DNA of 64,000 bases from Candidatus Obscuribacterales bacterium (GTDB lineage Bacteria > Cyanobacteriota > Vampirovibrionia > Obscuribacterales > Obscuribacteraceae): contig CBDDIJ010000003.1 of assembly GCA_965228855.1 (NCBI GenBank), positions 2,080,001 through 2,144,000 on the forward strand, given 5' to 3'. The first letter of the stretch is position 1; each line of letters opens with the position of its first letter. The notes below the pieces were generated by a model. That model had not been told where the DNA came from and ran no database searches. It saw only the letters and a program-made list of their open reading frames with translations. This document shows, piece after piece, positions 38,796-48,550 of the stretch. Made by a program: the position numbers and the translations under genes.

Positions 38796-40151
38796 ATGCA
38801 AAGCGTGACAGGCACCAGAAAGACGTTTCACATGAAGCACAATTTAACTCCAAGCCTCATGACAAGCCTCCGTAGAGCCTTTCCCCGTTTTGCGATGTCC
38901 GCCTTACTGACATCCTATCTAATGAGTTTTGAGACGGCTTTCGCGGACGATGCTGCGGCAATTCGTGACCACATCAACAGAGGCAACGCTCTGCTAGCTC
39001 GAAAACAGTTTCAAGAAGCCATCTCAGAGTACGAAGCGGTCCTCCAGATACAGCCTGATTACCCGATTGCGAAGAGCAATATTGCTCTCACACACAACAA
39101 CTGGGGCATCTTGCTCTACAGTCAGCACAAATACGCAGAGGCGAAGGAGCAGTGGGAAACAGCTCTGAAACTCAATCCACGCGATGGACATGTCGTTCGC
39201 AATCTGAAAATAGTAGAGGCTGCTTTGGCAAGAAATCCGCAGCCGGAGCAAACACCAACTAATCCAAAACCCAGCGGACCGCAGGATTGGAACCCTTTCG
39301 ACGAATCACTGGATAACATCCCGAAGAAAAACACAAACGCCGCCTCTGACACTCCACCAGCAGCGGTGGCATCACCATCTGGTAGTCCTTCGAGCAGCAC
39401 GGCTGCAGCTACGATTTCGACAGCCAACTCTAGCGCCGCAACCGCGAAAAATGAAACCACAAGCCAGCCCTCTGGACCAGTAATAATTTTGGGAGGTGCG
39501 TCGAGCGTTCAAACATCAAATGGGACAGGAAACACCACTGACAGCGGCTCAAGAGAGGCAGGGACCATGCCACATGCCCAGAGCAGCACAACGAACTCGC
39601 CGCCGGTGACCTCCGAAGATCCCTTCAGCAGCCCATCGACGGAGCCGACACCTCCGTCCAACAAACCAAATTTCAACACCGTCGACTCAAGCACAAATTC
39701 AGTCCGCATCGTAGGGGGCACCAGCGGTGGTGCGACGATTGTTGGTGGAAGCACCGTATCAGGTGGCGGGAAGTCATTCACGCCCAGCACCACAACGAAC
39801 ACTACACCACCCTCTTTCGTTCCAGCGAAGGTTCCTCCAAAACCAGCTGGCGGCAGCACTCCCATGTCCTGGCCGGGGGCTGACGAGGAGCACGCGCCAA
39901 TGATCGGGAGGCCAGCCAGAACTCCGAATTCTACGAAAATTGACAAACACCATGAACAAACGGCTCAAGATGATTCGCTAAACGTCGAGAGCTTACTTGA
40001 AGAAATCGAGATCAAGCTCTACGGAAAGGTCAGCAAAAATCAGCCTATCCTTAAGCGAATCGAAAAACTAGAAGTCGATACACTCGGAAAGAAAAAATCA
40101 GGTCCTATTGCTGATCGCTTAAAAGAACTAAAAGAAACCTACGGTCTCTAA
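38796..40151 (+). CDS. Exported TPR protein with long Ser/Thr/Pro-rich linker
   Basis: Signal peptide (AFA), 2-3 TPRs, low-complexity middle, helical C-terminal EIKLYG...RIEKLE domain. Confidence 0.85.
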   Translation: MQSVTGTRKTFHMKHNLTPSLMTSLRRAFPRFAMSALLTSYLMSFETAFADDAAAIRDHINRGNALLARKQFQEAISEYEAVLQIQPDYPIAKSNIALTHNNWGILLYSQHKYAEAKEQWETALKLNPRDGHVVRNLKIVEAALARNPQPEQTPTNPKPSGPQDWNPFDESLDNIPKKNTNAASDTPPAAVASPSGSPSSSTAAATISTANSSAATAKNETTSQPSGPVIILGGASSVQTSNGTGNTTDSGSREAGTMPHAQSSTTNSPPVTSEDPFSSPSTEPTPPSNKPNFNTVDSSTNSVRIVGGTSGGATIVGGSTVSGGGKSFTPSTTTNTTPPSFVPAKVPPKPAGGSTPMSWPGADEEHAPMIGRPARTPNSTKIDKHHEQTAQDDSLNVESLLEEIEIKLYGKVSKNQPILKRIEKLEVDTLGKKKSGPIADRLKELKETYGL

Positions 40152-40242
40152 TCCTTTTTTATCGAAGTTCGTCAAGGTCTTGCCTGTTTGTGCACTTGCC
40201 TGCGCAAATTCTGGTCAAGGTGCTCTAGTATTGACTAAAAGT

Positions 40243-40273
40243 TTGACCGCCCAACCCATTGTATATACAATGG
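40243..40273 (+). promoter_or_regulatory. Sigma70 promoter with perfect 18-bp operator palindrome
   Basis: TTGACC(40243)-N17-TACAAT(40266); CCATTGTATATACAATGG (40256-40273) covers the -10. Confidence 0.8.
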
Positions 40274-40359
40274 AGTATACAAGGCTGAGATGGAAATCTA
40301 CATTCAATTCGTTTATACATTCGCTTCAGAACACGCCAAATTTATAGAGAATAGCTACC

Positions 40360-40821
40360 ATGACGGATTCGAAGAAAAATAAAAAAGGGAATTGGAGAAA
40401 GCTCGGAGGCACTTCGGCTGATGATGAAACGAGCAAACAGCTTGAAGACTTAACGCGCGACGTTGATTGGGATGCAGATGACAGCAATGAGGATTTCTCG
40501 GATATCGATGCAGTAGCAAATGGAATGCATGCATTGTCAGACAACGAAACCCAGACGCTTTTCGATTCACTGGGTCTGCAATCGATATCTATCCGATTGT
40601 CACGTCATCTGCTTGAACAGTTCAAAGCCTTCGCGGAACTAGAAGGCATCGGTTACCAGCCACTAATGAGGAGAGTCCTCGAGAACTACGAACGAAAAAA
40701 TAGACACCGTTTGGCGGAGAGTAGCACTCCTCTATCACCGGAAGAAGTACAAGCATTGGTTCGTGAACGGAATAACTTGATAGCAGAGAATCAGCGCCTT
40801 CGTGAACTTCTAAAGAAATGA
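40360..40821 (+). CDS. CopG/BrnA-like ribbon-helix-helix antitoxin
   Basis: Acidic N-terminus, then LQSISIRLSRHLLEQFKAFAELEGIGYQPLMRRVL, and a C-terminal coiled coil. Confidence 0.8.
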   Translation: MTDSKKNKKGNWRKLGGTSADDETSKQLEDLTRDVDWDADDSNEDFSDIDAVANGMHALSDNETQTLFDSLGLQSISIRLSRHLLEQFKAFAELEGIGYQPLMRRVLENYERKNRHRLAESSTPLSPEEVQALVRERNNLIAENQRLRELLKK

Positions 40822-40828
40822 GCCGTCG

Positions 40829-41998
40829 CTACTCGGGCGAGCCCTTTGCTCGCACGGCTGACACCACTAACAGTATCATAGCCAGAGTCATCAGGAGAGC
40901 GATCACAGCGTACGAACTTTGAATACCTAAACGATCGCCTATTGCTCCCATCGCCAACGGAGTGACCAGAACGGCAGTTCCAGTACTGATGGACATGCGA
41001 CCGGCGGCGAGCCCTGCTTTGTTCTCAGCAGACCCGATTGCCTGTGAATAGCTCAGGGGGTAGATGTTGGACATACCCAAACCTGTCAGTCCCAACCCAA
41101 TTAAAGAGACCATAGGAGTCGGGCCGAGCCAATAGATTAGAAAACCAACCAACGCCAGCATTGACACAACTGCTAGAAGTGGACCGAGCTTATACGTGCG
41201 AGCAAGTTTCAGCCCGATAACGCGACCAAGGAGCATGGTAACAAGAAAAATGCTGATACATCTGATAGCGTCGGCACGCACAAGATGTTTAGCTCTTTCA
41301 AGAAATTCTGATGTCCAGTAAATAATCGACCACTCACTGGCCACCGCAAACCAGATTACAAACCAGAAAAACCAATACCGTGTTGGCAGTTTTCCCCCGG
41401 CGAAACCGCCAGTAGCGGCTGCAGAATAAGGAGTAAAAACAGTTCGCGCGTAAATCCAGAACGCAAAAAAGGCAAGCAGCGGCACCAGTAAAGCGGCACG
41501 CCAGGTCAAATGGCAATCGATGAATTGCCCCATCAGCAGAGGCGCGGCGAATGCAAATAGACTGCCACAGATATTCGCTTCCGTGATACCAATGCTGCGA
41601 TTTGGTCCGAAACGCTCCGACATTATGGAGACGATTCCTTGCCCCATAGTGCTACCACAGGCGCCACCAAGAACTCCGGAACCGATTGTGAAAAACTCAT
41701 GCTTTGCCACTAGTAGAACAATGACTGCGGTACACAATCCAGCGGCACAAGTCCATATCGCCCGTGAACATCCGAGTTTCCGAATAATTATATTCCCGAA
41801 GGAACCGGCGGTAATACCACCCAATGCCCAGGCGCTGAAATGCAAAGAACTTACGGTGTAGTTCAAGTGCAACTCGTCCCTAAGGTAAGGAACCACGGGC
41901 GACATTGAGGACAACGTCAAACAATAGGTTCCGATCAGCAGATATCCGATCCACGTAGTCTTATCGCGCAGGAAATCGTGCTGGTTTAAGGAATTCAA
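40829..41998 (-). CDS. MFS transporter
   Basis: About 12 TM; SEWSIIYW, MLLGR, NIYP motifs. Confidence 0.9.
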   Translation of the reverse strand: MNSLNQHDFLRDKTTWIGYLLIGTYCLTLSSMSPVVPYLRDELHLNYTVSSLHFSAWALGGITAGSFGNIIIRKLGCSRAIWTCAAGLCTAVIVLLVAKHEFFTIGSGVLGGACGSTMGQGIVSIMSERFGPNRSIGITEANICGSLFAFAAPLLMGQFIDCHLTWRAALLVPLLAFFAFWIYARTVFTPYSAAATGGFAGGKLPTRYWFFWFVIWFAVASEWSIIYWTSEFLERAKHLVRADAIRCISIFLVTMLLGRVIGLKLARTYKLGPLLAVVSMLALVGFLIYWLGPTPMVSLIGLGLTGLGMSNIYPLSYSQAIGSAENKAGLAAGRMSISTGTAVLVTPLAMGAIGDRLGIQSSYAVIALLMTLAMILLVVSAVRAKGSPE

Positions 41999-42018
41999 TT
42001 GTGGGCCGCCGGTATGGA

Positions 42019-43302
42019 TTATTGATAAGTCTGTCGATTGTATTGGATGTAACCACCCTGGTGGTGAGAGTTTGTAGTGTGGTGCGTGTAATGTAAAACA
42101 CCACCTTTCTCATTCCAGATATATTCACCACATATGGTGACCGTGTCTCCTTGCTGCAGTGGAACGTAGGGAGCAAGGTCAATATTATGCGCGACCAAAA
42201 CAGTCGTACCGTTCGACAAGCCCAGCAAGAATCGCTGGTGCGGATTGCCTTTGCGGTCGTCAGGCAAAAGACGCTTTACTCTCGCCGTCGCGGTAATCCT
42301 GACGTTTTTTGCTCGCTGATTTTGCGCAGTAACGAGCGACAAGTCATCACACGAATCCATTCCGGCAGAATCATACGACGGTGCGTATTGAGAAGGCCCA
42401 TCGTATGCCGCTCCCGGTGTTTGCCCCTGCAAGATATTCTTCCGCTCCGGTGAATTCTGAGGCGGCGTCCGGAACAGCATCACCTGCTGCCGATCAGGAG
42501 ATAAACGGTTCGCCGGCGATGACATCATTGCTGGAGTCTGGAGCTGCGCCGGCTGGCGCGACAAAACCTGCGGATGTACTCCAACACTCGCTCGCCGTCG
42601 TGCCGGGCCATGCCCGGAGTTTGGTTCCGAAGTCATTTGCGATGGCTGCAAGGTAGCCGGCTTCATAGGTTGGACCGAGCCGATGCCTGCCGGTGGGCAG
42701 CCAAAGCCCTGGGAAACATTTTGCGGAGCTGGATGCGTTTCCAAAATCGGTTTCTGCGCTGGTGTTTCCATGAACACCGTCGTTCTGCCGTTCTCAGATT
42801 TACCGAACGCAGACGAATCTGTAGAGTCTGGTCGCAGATGAGCTAACGGCGCCTGCGCCGAGGACGGCATTGAGCTAAGTTCAAGAGAACTCGCGCTCTG
42901 GTTTACAGCACTTACGTTCTGATTGGCTGCTCGTTTCGCATGATCTTCGGCTTGATCCGCAGCCAGCTCGGAAGGCGTGCCCGGTGAACCGTAAGGTGTA
43001 GTGGATGCTGGCAAGGCAGAAGCGGAATTACCTTGAGCGACTTCCGCATGAGTCTCCGGCGAGCCGAATGTGGGATCAAAATTCTCCTGCCGGCCGTCTA
43101 AGTCTCGCGTGCCCTTTGGCAAAGGAGTCACTAGCCTGGCAGCCTTCCGTTCCGCATTTTCAGCGTTCAACTTGACAGGAGAAAAGTTTCCTACTCGTGA
43201 AGCAAAGCTGTTCGGGTCTTTCGAGACATTTGGTATGCCGGCACAGCCACTCAAAACGAGGGTGCACAAGAGCGCAAGGATTGGTATATACGGAGGACGC
43301 AT
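42019..43302 (-). CDS. Lipoprotein with C-terminal DUF3465 (OB-fold-like) domain
   Basis: Lipobox LSGC; LLPDDRKGNPHQRF...AHNIDLAP...GEYIWNEKGGVLHYTH. Confidence 0.88.
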   Translation of the reverse strand: MRPPYIPILALLCTLVLSGCAGIPNVSKDPNSFASRVGNFSPVKLNAENAERKAARLVTPLPKGTRDLDGRQENFDPTFGSPETHAEVAQGNSASALPASTTPYGSPGTPSELAADQAEDHAKRAANQNVSAVNQSASSLELSSMPSSAQAPLAHLRPDSTDSSAFGKSENGRTTVFMETPAQKPILETHPAPQNVSQGFGCPPAGIGSVQPMKPATLQPSQMTSEPNSGHGPARRRASVGVHPQVLSRQPAQLQTPAMMSSPANRLSPDRQQVMLFRTPPQNSPERKNILQGQTPGAAYDGPSQYAPSYDSAGMDSCDDLSLVTAQNQRAKNVRITATARVKRLLPDDRKGNPHQRFLLGLSNGTTVLVAHNIDLAPYVPLQQGDTVTICGEYIWNEKGGVLHYTHHTTNSHHQGGYIQYNRQTYQ

Positions 43303-43485
43303 AACGGTATCCTAACTTATGAAAGACATTTTTGTTTTCACCGGGTCGAGCCACGAGATCGACTAGTACCGCGAATATCGACCGAGATCGCCGCATCAAG
43401 CGACTTGCACCGTGGTATATAGTGATTGCATAAGGCTTAAAACTAGTCTACGGTTTAGTTTACTCAGTCAGCCCTATTAAACAAG

Positions 43486-44574
43486 ATGCTATCAACCATT
43501 TATTTAACTGGAGATTCGGTCAACGCCCACGACTTGATGGGCGAATTAGCTTCCTCTGATTGGCGTTCTTCGGCAGTTCAGAAGCTTGAAACTCACGGCT
43601 TGCGCGTTGTCAATCCGCTCGAATTAGCCTGGGCGATGCAAGAGATTCGTGAACCGTTGGACATCAGCGATTCGGCCAACAAGAAAGTGCGCCGAGCGCT
43701 TGACTTGATCGACGAATGTGACGCGCTTCTAGCCAATATCGAACGCTCGAGCTACGGCACCGCGATGGAAATGTTCTATGCCCACAGGCGCGGAAAAATG
43801 GTGACTGTCATTGGCCCGTCGCCGTACAGCCCATGGGTCGTGACTCACTCTCAGGCGCGCTTCAACGACATGGAAGGTGCGCTCAATTATCTTATCGACA
43901 ACAATCCGGATGTAGCCCCACTGACCTGGGCGTTGCAGTACGAGGCGCAACTCTCGGAACGCTACGAACAAATGCCACCGCCGGGAGAACCAGATTACAA
44001 ATTCTTGGGTGGCAGTTTGCCAGTGCTGGTGCTGGCTCCGCATGCGACCGCCTACTGGCGCGAAGGCGAGTTCAAAGGACAGGATTCATTCACTGGCTCG
44101 CTTGCATCCATCTGCAATCGCCTATCCATGTGCCATTCCATGCTTACCAACTATTGCTGCGCTGCGGACCCAGGTTGGTATTTAGAAACACCATTCCGCC
44201 GGGCGTTGACTGACATAGTCCGTGCAGGCAAGGTCGGTCTAGTTATGATGGTACTGGGAAGCAGTTGGGAAGAGGCCCCCGGTCTACAGGTTTCAAGTTA
44301 CGGTCCCACGGAAGAAGCTTGCCACCCGTTCATAAATCTGATCACCGAAAAACTTTCCAAGCTAGAACCAGTGGTTCCCGGCAGCTACGACCATCCAGTG
44401 CGGCCGCTCGCGCTGTTTATCTCCGAGGTTCTAGGAGTGCCGACAATTATAGTGCGCTTGCACAAGCGCTACCGGATGCCTCGCTTACAGCCACAACCTT
44501 TTTCAAAAGTCGCAGGTTTGCTATCCGAATTTGCCTCGGAAATCGGCGTAGAATTGGCTCGGAGTCAAGCTTAG
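43486..44574 (+). CDS. Nucleoside 2-deoxyribosyltransferase-like domain fused to an amidohydrolase-like (FGase-type) domain
   Basis: IYLTG, VVNP, DLIDECDALLA, YGTAMEMFYA (NDT-like); VLVLAPHA...DSFTGSLA (FGase-like). Confidence 0.7.
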   Translation: MLSTIYLTGDSVNAHDLMGELASSDWRSSAVQKLETHGLRVVNPLELAWAMQEIREPLDISDSANKKVRRALDLIDECDALLANIERSSYGTAMEMFYAHRRGKMVTVIGPSPYSPWVVTHSQARFNDMEGALNYLIDNNPDVAPLTWALQYEAQLSERYEQMPPPGEPDYKFLGGSLPVLVLAPHATAYWREGEFKGQDSFTGSLASICNRLSMCHSMLTNYCCAADPGWYLETPFRRALTDIVRAGKVGLVMMVLGSSWEEAPGLQVSSYGPTEEACHPFINLITEKLSKLEPVVPGSYDHPVRPLALFISEVLGVPTIIVRLHKRYRMPRLQPQPFSKVAGLLSEFASEIGVELARSQA

Positions 44575-44889
44575 ATGCCCGGCGAACTAGTAGCACTCGT
44601 AACTTGTCCGCCGGATCAAGCAGAGGTCATTGCCAAATCGATCGTCGAAAGCCGACTGGCAGCTTGCGTTAACATTCTGCCGGGAATCACTTCTATATAC
44701 TCCTGGGAAGGCGCTATACACAAGGACCCGGAGACACTACTCATAATAAAAACCAATCGCGCTTTTTATGACGCTTTTGAGACTAAAATCAAAGAGATAC
44801 ATCCATACGATGTGCCTGAGATAATTTGTGTACCGATAGAACTGGGCAGTCAAGCCTATCTAAGCTGGCTAAACCAATCAATAGGCTGA
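44575..44889 (+). CDS. cutA: Divalent-cation tolerance protein CutA
   Basis: LAACVNI, SIYSWEG, HPYDVPEII. Confidence 0.95.
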   Translation: MPGELVALVTCPPDQAEVIAKSIVESRLAACVNILPGITSIYSWEGAIHKDPETLLIIKTNRAFYDAFETKIKEIHPYDVPEIICVPIELGSQAYLSWLNQSIG

Positions 44890-44901
44890 AAGGAGTTCGC
44901 G

Positions 44902-46761
44902 TTGGCTGACACTGATGCAACTATCATCGACAGATTCTGGAGCCGCGTAAGCGAGACGCCTGACCGTACAGCGATCATGTACAAAGCTGATGGCAAGTAC
45001 CATTCGGTAAGCTGGCGAGACCATGGAAAAACCGTTGAGAGTCTTTCGGCTGCATTAATCAAACACGGATTACAGCCGGATGACAAAGTCGGAATTCTCT
45101 CCGGAAATCGGCAACACTGGACCTGGGCTGATTTAGCCATTCTTTCCGCGCGCGGCGTCACGGTTCCTGTTTATCCAACACTGGGTGCAGAGGAAGTTTC
45201 ATACGTTCTTGAACATAGCGACGTCACGGCAGTATTTGTTGAAAACGCTCGCCAGCTGGAGAAAATCAGTACTCCCTCATCAACCAACCCTGGGAAACTG
45301 AAACTGGTAGTCATCATGGACGGTGCCGCATCAAATGCGGAACCGCTGCTCGAGATCAAGTCGTGGGACGACTTCGTCAAAGAAGGTGCAGACTGTCTCT
45401 CAGAAATTGGAGACCAAGTTCGTCAGCGTCGCGAGAATATCGATCCGGAATCGGTCGCGACGATCGTTTACACATCAGGCACTACCGGCTTGCCCAAGGG
45501 TGTCATGCTCTTGCACCGAAACATTTATTCGGTACTTGGAGCAATGAGCGACATGGTGGACTTCAACGAAGATGACCTCGCTTTGTCATTCTTGCCGCTG
45601 GCTCATGTGTATGAACGAGTCGGCGGACAGTTTCTGTCCACTTATTTAGGTATTCCATTTGCATACGCCGAGTCGATGGAACAGGTCGCAAACAATCTGC
45701 AGGAAGTCAGACCAACGTTTCTAAACGCAGTGCCTCGATTCTACGAAAAGGTCTATGCCAGAGTGCAAGGACAAATTCGCCAGATGCCGCCAGCGCAGCA
45801 AGGTTTTGTCCGCTGGGCCATCGCCCTCGGCAAGCGCGCGACAAAACAAAAGATGGAAGCGAAGCATGACACAAGTATTCTCGATCAGCTTTATAAAGCC
45901 GAACTGAGAATTGCCGATCGGTTGGTATTCCGAAAAATCAGAGAGCGCTTCGGTGGTCGGTTACGCATGATGACTTCGGGCGCGGCACCGCTCGCTAACG
46001 ATGTCCATATCTTCTTCGAAGCGCTAGGCATGCCGATTGTAGAAGGGTACGGTTTGACAGAAACCAGCGCGCCTTTATGCGTTAATAAACCGAGCGACAA
46101 TCATTTTAAAACTGTTGGAAGACCGCTCGCAGGCGTCGAGGTTAAACTGAATCCCGATGGCGAACTTTTAGTAAAAGGACCTAACGTTTTTAAAGGCTAT
46201 TACAAAAACGAGGAAGCCACTGCGGCGGCGTTTGAAGACGGATGGTTTAAAACCGGTGATATTGCCAGAATTGACGAACAAGGCTATATAACGATCACCG
46301 ATCGGAAGAAAGACATCATCATCACCGCTGGTGGCAAACATGTCGCACCGCAATTTATTGAAAACTTGTTCAAAGACGAACCGCTAATCAACCATGTCAT
46401 CGCATATGGTGACAGGCGAAAATACATTACCGGTTTGATCACGCTCAACCCTGATGGACTCAAGAGCTTCGCAGCCAGTAAATCGCTGAGCTACAAAGAC
46501 ATCAAGGAACTCTGTCAGAACCCGACAGTCCGCAAAGAGATTGAACGAGTAGTTCACGACAAAAATCAAAATCTGGCGCGGTTTCAGCGCATCAAGAAAT
46601 TTGTGATTCTGGATAAAGAGCTGACTATCGAAGACAATGATTTGACGCCCACCTTGAAGGTGAAGCGTAAAGTCGTCACCGAGAAATATCGAAAGGAATT
46701 GGACGAACTCTACGAAGCAGAGGATCTCGAAGCGCAGGAAACTGCCGAGGTCGACGCGTAA
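44902..46761 (+). CDS. Long-chain fatty acid-CoA ligase / acyl-ACP synthetase
   Basis: YTSGTTGLPKG, EGYGLTET, GWFKTGDI, DRKKDIIITAGGK, LTPTLKVKR. Confidence 0.95.
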   Translation: MADTDATIIDRFWSRVSETPDRTAIMYKADGKYHSVSWRDHGKTVESLSAALIKHGLQPDDKVGILSGNRQHWTWADLAILSARGVTVPVYPTLGAEEVSYVLEHSDVTAVFVENARQLEKISTPSSTNPGKLKLVVIMDGAASNAEPLLEIKSWDDFVKEGADCLSEIGDQVRQRRENIDPESVATIVYTSGTTGLPKGVMLLHRNIYSVLGAMSDMVDFNEDDLALSFLPLAHVYERVGGQFLSTYLGIPFAYAESMEQVANNLQEVRPTFLNAVPRFYEKVYARVQGQIRQMPPAQQGFVRWAIALGKRATKQKMEAKHDTSILDQLYKAELRIADRLVFRKIRERFGGRLRMMTSGAAPLANDVHIFFEALGMPIVEGYGLTETSAPLCVNKPSDNHFKTVGRPLAGVEVKLNPDGELLVKGPNVFKGYYKNEEATAAAFEDGWFKTGDIARIDEQGYITITDRKKDIIITAGGKHVAPQFIENLFKDEPLINHVIAYGDRRKYITGLITLNPDGLKSFAASKSLSYKDIKELCQNPTVRKEIERVVHDKNQNLARFQRIKKFVILDKELTIEDNDLTPTLKVKRKVVTEKYRKELDELYEAEDLEAQETAEVDA

Positions 46762-46780
46762 CGGCCAATGAGATAGGTGC

Positions 46781-47269
46781 TCAGTGGGGATGTGACGCGA
46801 AGATTGCGCGAAGAAACAGCCAAATAATGAATACTAAGAGACCCGTCTGTGTGAGCAGCATTAACATACAAGGAACGAAGACGTATTTTAGCAATCGAGC
46901 CTCTTCGGCTCGATGACGCTCAGTTGAAGGAAATTTTGAGCGGTTGCTTACAGCGAGAGTGCGAGTAGCAAGAATTCTATCGTTCGTTGCTGATGACTTC
47001 TCAACTAGTACTTTTTCTGTTCGGTTGTCCGAAGCATCTTCCCGTGGAAAGTCTTGTTGGTGCCGATAGGAAAAGTTGCTCCAAGCGTTAGACTCGCCTC
47101 CTGCAACTATAGTTGAGCATGCGGGACACTTCAAAATCTCAACGGCAAAAATCGTCCCGCACTGTGTGCAAGTGTGCGTCCTAACCGCGTCGAGCTTTTT
47201 GTGTTCGGCCAATTCGGTCGGACTCAACTCGTCCGCCCGGCGTCCAAGTCTCTTTTGCTCATTGGTCAT
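46781..47269 (-). CDS. Zinc-ribbon protein with C-terminal TM helix
   Basis: CTQC...CPAC; hydrophobic C-terminus. Confidence 0.65.
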   Translation of the reverse strand: MTNEQKRLGRRADELSPTELAEHKKLDAVRTHTCTQCGTIFAVEILKCPACSTIVAGGESNAWSNFSYRHQQDFPREDASDNRTEKVLVEKSSATNDRILATRTLAVSNRSKFPSTERHRAEEARLLKYVFVPCMLMLLTQTGLLVFIIWLFLRAIFASHPH

Positions 47270-47539
47270 AAAACCATCTTGCCACTGCTTCCAAGTCTTG
47301 TAAATCCGGCGCAGGGGTGAAAACCGTGTGGTCGAAGCCTCGAAAATTTGGCAAAATTCTCTATATATCGATAGTTCTAGATTAAAAAGCTATTTACATT
47401 CGCTTGGCAACTAATTACAATACTGTCGGCAGCTTATATGCCGTTCCATGGACCTCCGCTCTTCTAAGCGGCTCTCCCCTTACTAAATTATCCGACCGGA
47501 CGCGGTTTGCTGGTTTTCCAGCCACGAGGAAAAGAACTT

Positions 47540-48550
47540 ATGTTTGATTCGATAGGACGAGGCTTTAGGCTAATCTGGGCCAGCATCAAGATGGGCTGGC
47601 ACGACAAACGCCTCTTGGTCCCGTCCATAATCACAGTCGTGATGAACATCTTCTTCGCCATCCTGATGTTTGTCCAGGCAAAGAGCAACTTCGGCGGCAA
47701 GTCTGAAGTCGCTGGCAAATTTATGCAACAGGGTCAGAGCCTTCTTCAAGGCGGTCCGGGCGGTGCGCACGGTCTAGCCGGCATGACCGGACTCAACGGA
47801 CCGATGGATCCCTCGGGGCTCGGCGCGGCGATGGGCAACGTCAGCCAGGACAATGTGATGGCAGTCACAGGCATACTTTGCGTGTGGTGGCTCACCAACA
47901 GATTCCTCGAAGGCGTCACGACCGCGCTGGTATACAGCCATCTGACCGAAGGACGAGGTTCCGGCAAATTCGGCGCAGCCGCAAGTGCTGTGTTCACAAG
48001 CCTTCCAGCGATCATCATGCTGGGTTTAGTCACACTAATCGTCAAACGCATTGCAGGCTGGTTGCGCTCTAAGCAGGGAGCAGGCGGCATGTTCGGCTTC
48101 GGCTTTAATTTCCTTGCTGGAATTATGGAAGTATTCTGGACACTGGCGGGTCACATGATCTTGCCGGCAATCGTTATAGAAGGAACATCTTTCTGGGGTG
48201 CGTTGAAACGCGCCGACCGAATCGCGCAGGGCAACCTCCTCACCATCGGTGTAGGCGAAGTCGGCGTTGATGTAATTTGCCGCGTCACGAGCGGAATTGT
48301 TTACGCAATCGGCTTGGGCGGCTTCGGTCTTGCCTATTTTGCGCAGATGAGCGTCAGTTCGCCGGCGATGGTCATCACCGGAATTGCCTGGGCCGCCCTG
48401 GTTCTCGTTATCACGGCTCTATCCATTTATATACGAGCAGCGTTCTACACCTGCCTGTACGTGTGGGCTATCACCGCTGAGGAAGTGGAAGAAGCCATGC
48501 GTGCCGAGATTGCACCGCCAGCTCCGTTGGCAGCTGCACTAGCTCACTAA
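47540..48550 (+). CDS. Membrane protein, DUF6159-like
   Basis: MFDSIGRGFRLIWAS, ILPAIVIEG...ALKR, FYTCLYVWA; GAGGA SD. Confidence 0.75.
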   Translation: MFDSIGRGFRLIWASIKMGWHDKRLLVPSIITVVMNIFFAILMFVQAKSNFGGKSEVAGKFMQQGQSLLQGGPGGAHGLAGMTGLNGPMDPSGLGAAMGNVSQDNVMAVTGILCVWWLTNRFLEGVTTALVYSHLTEGRGSGKFGAAASAVFTSLPAIIMLGLVTLIVKRIAGWLRSKQGAGGMFGFGFNFLAGIMEVFWTLAGHMILPAIVIEGTSFWGALKRADRIAQGNLLTIGVGEVGVDVICRVTSGIVYAIGLGGFGLAYFAQMSVSSPAMVITGIAWAALVLVITALSIYIRAAFYTCLYVWAITAEEVEEAMRAEIAPPAPLAAALAH

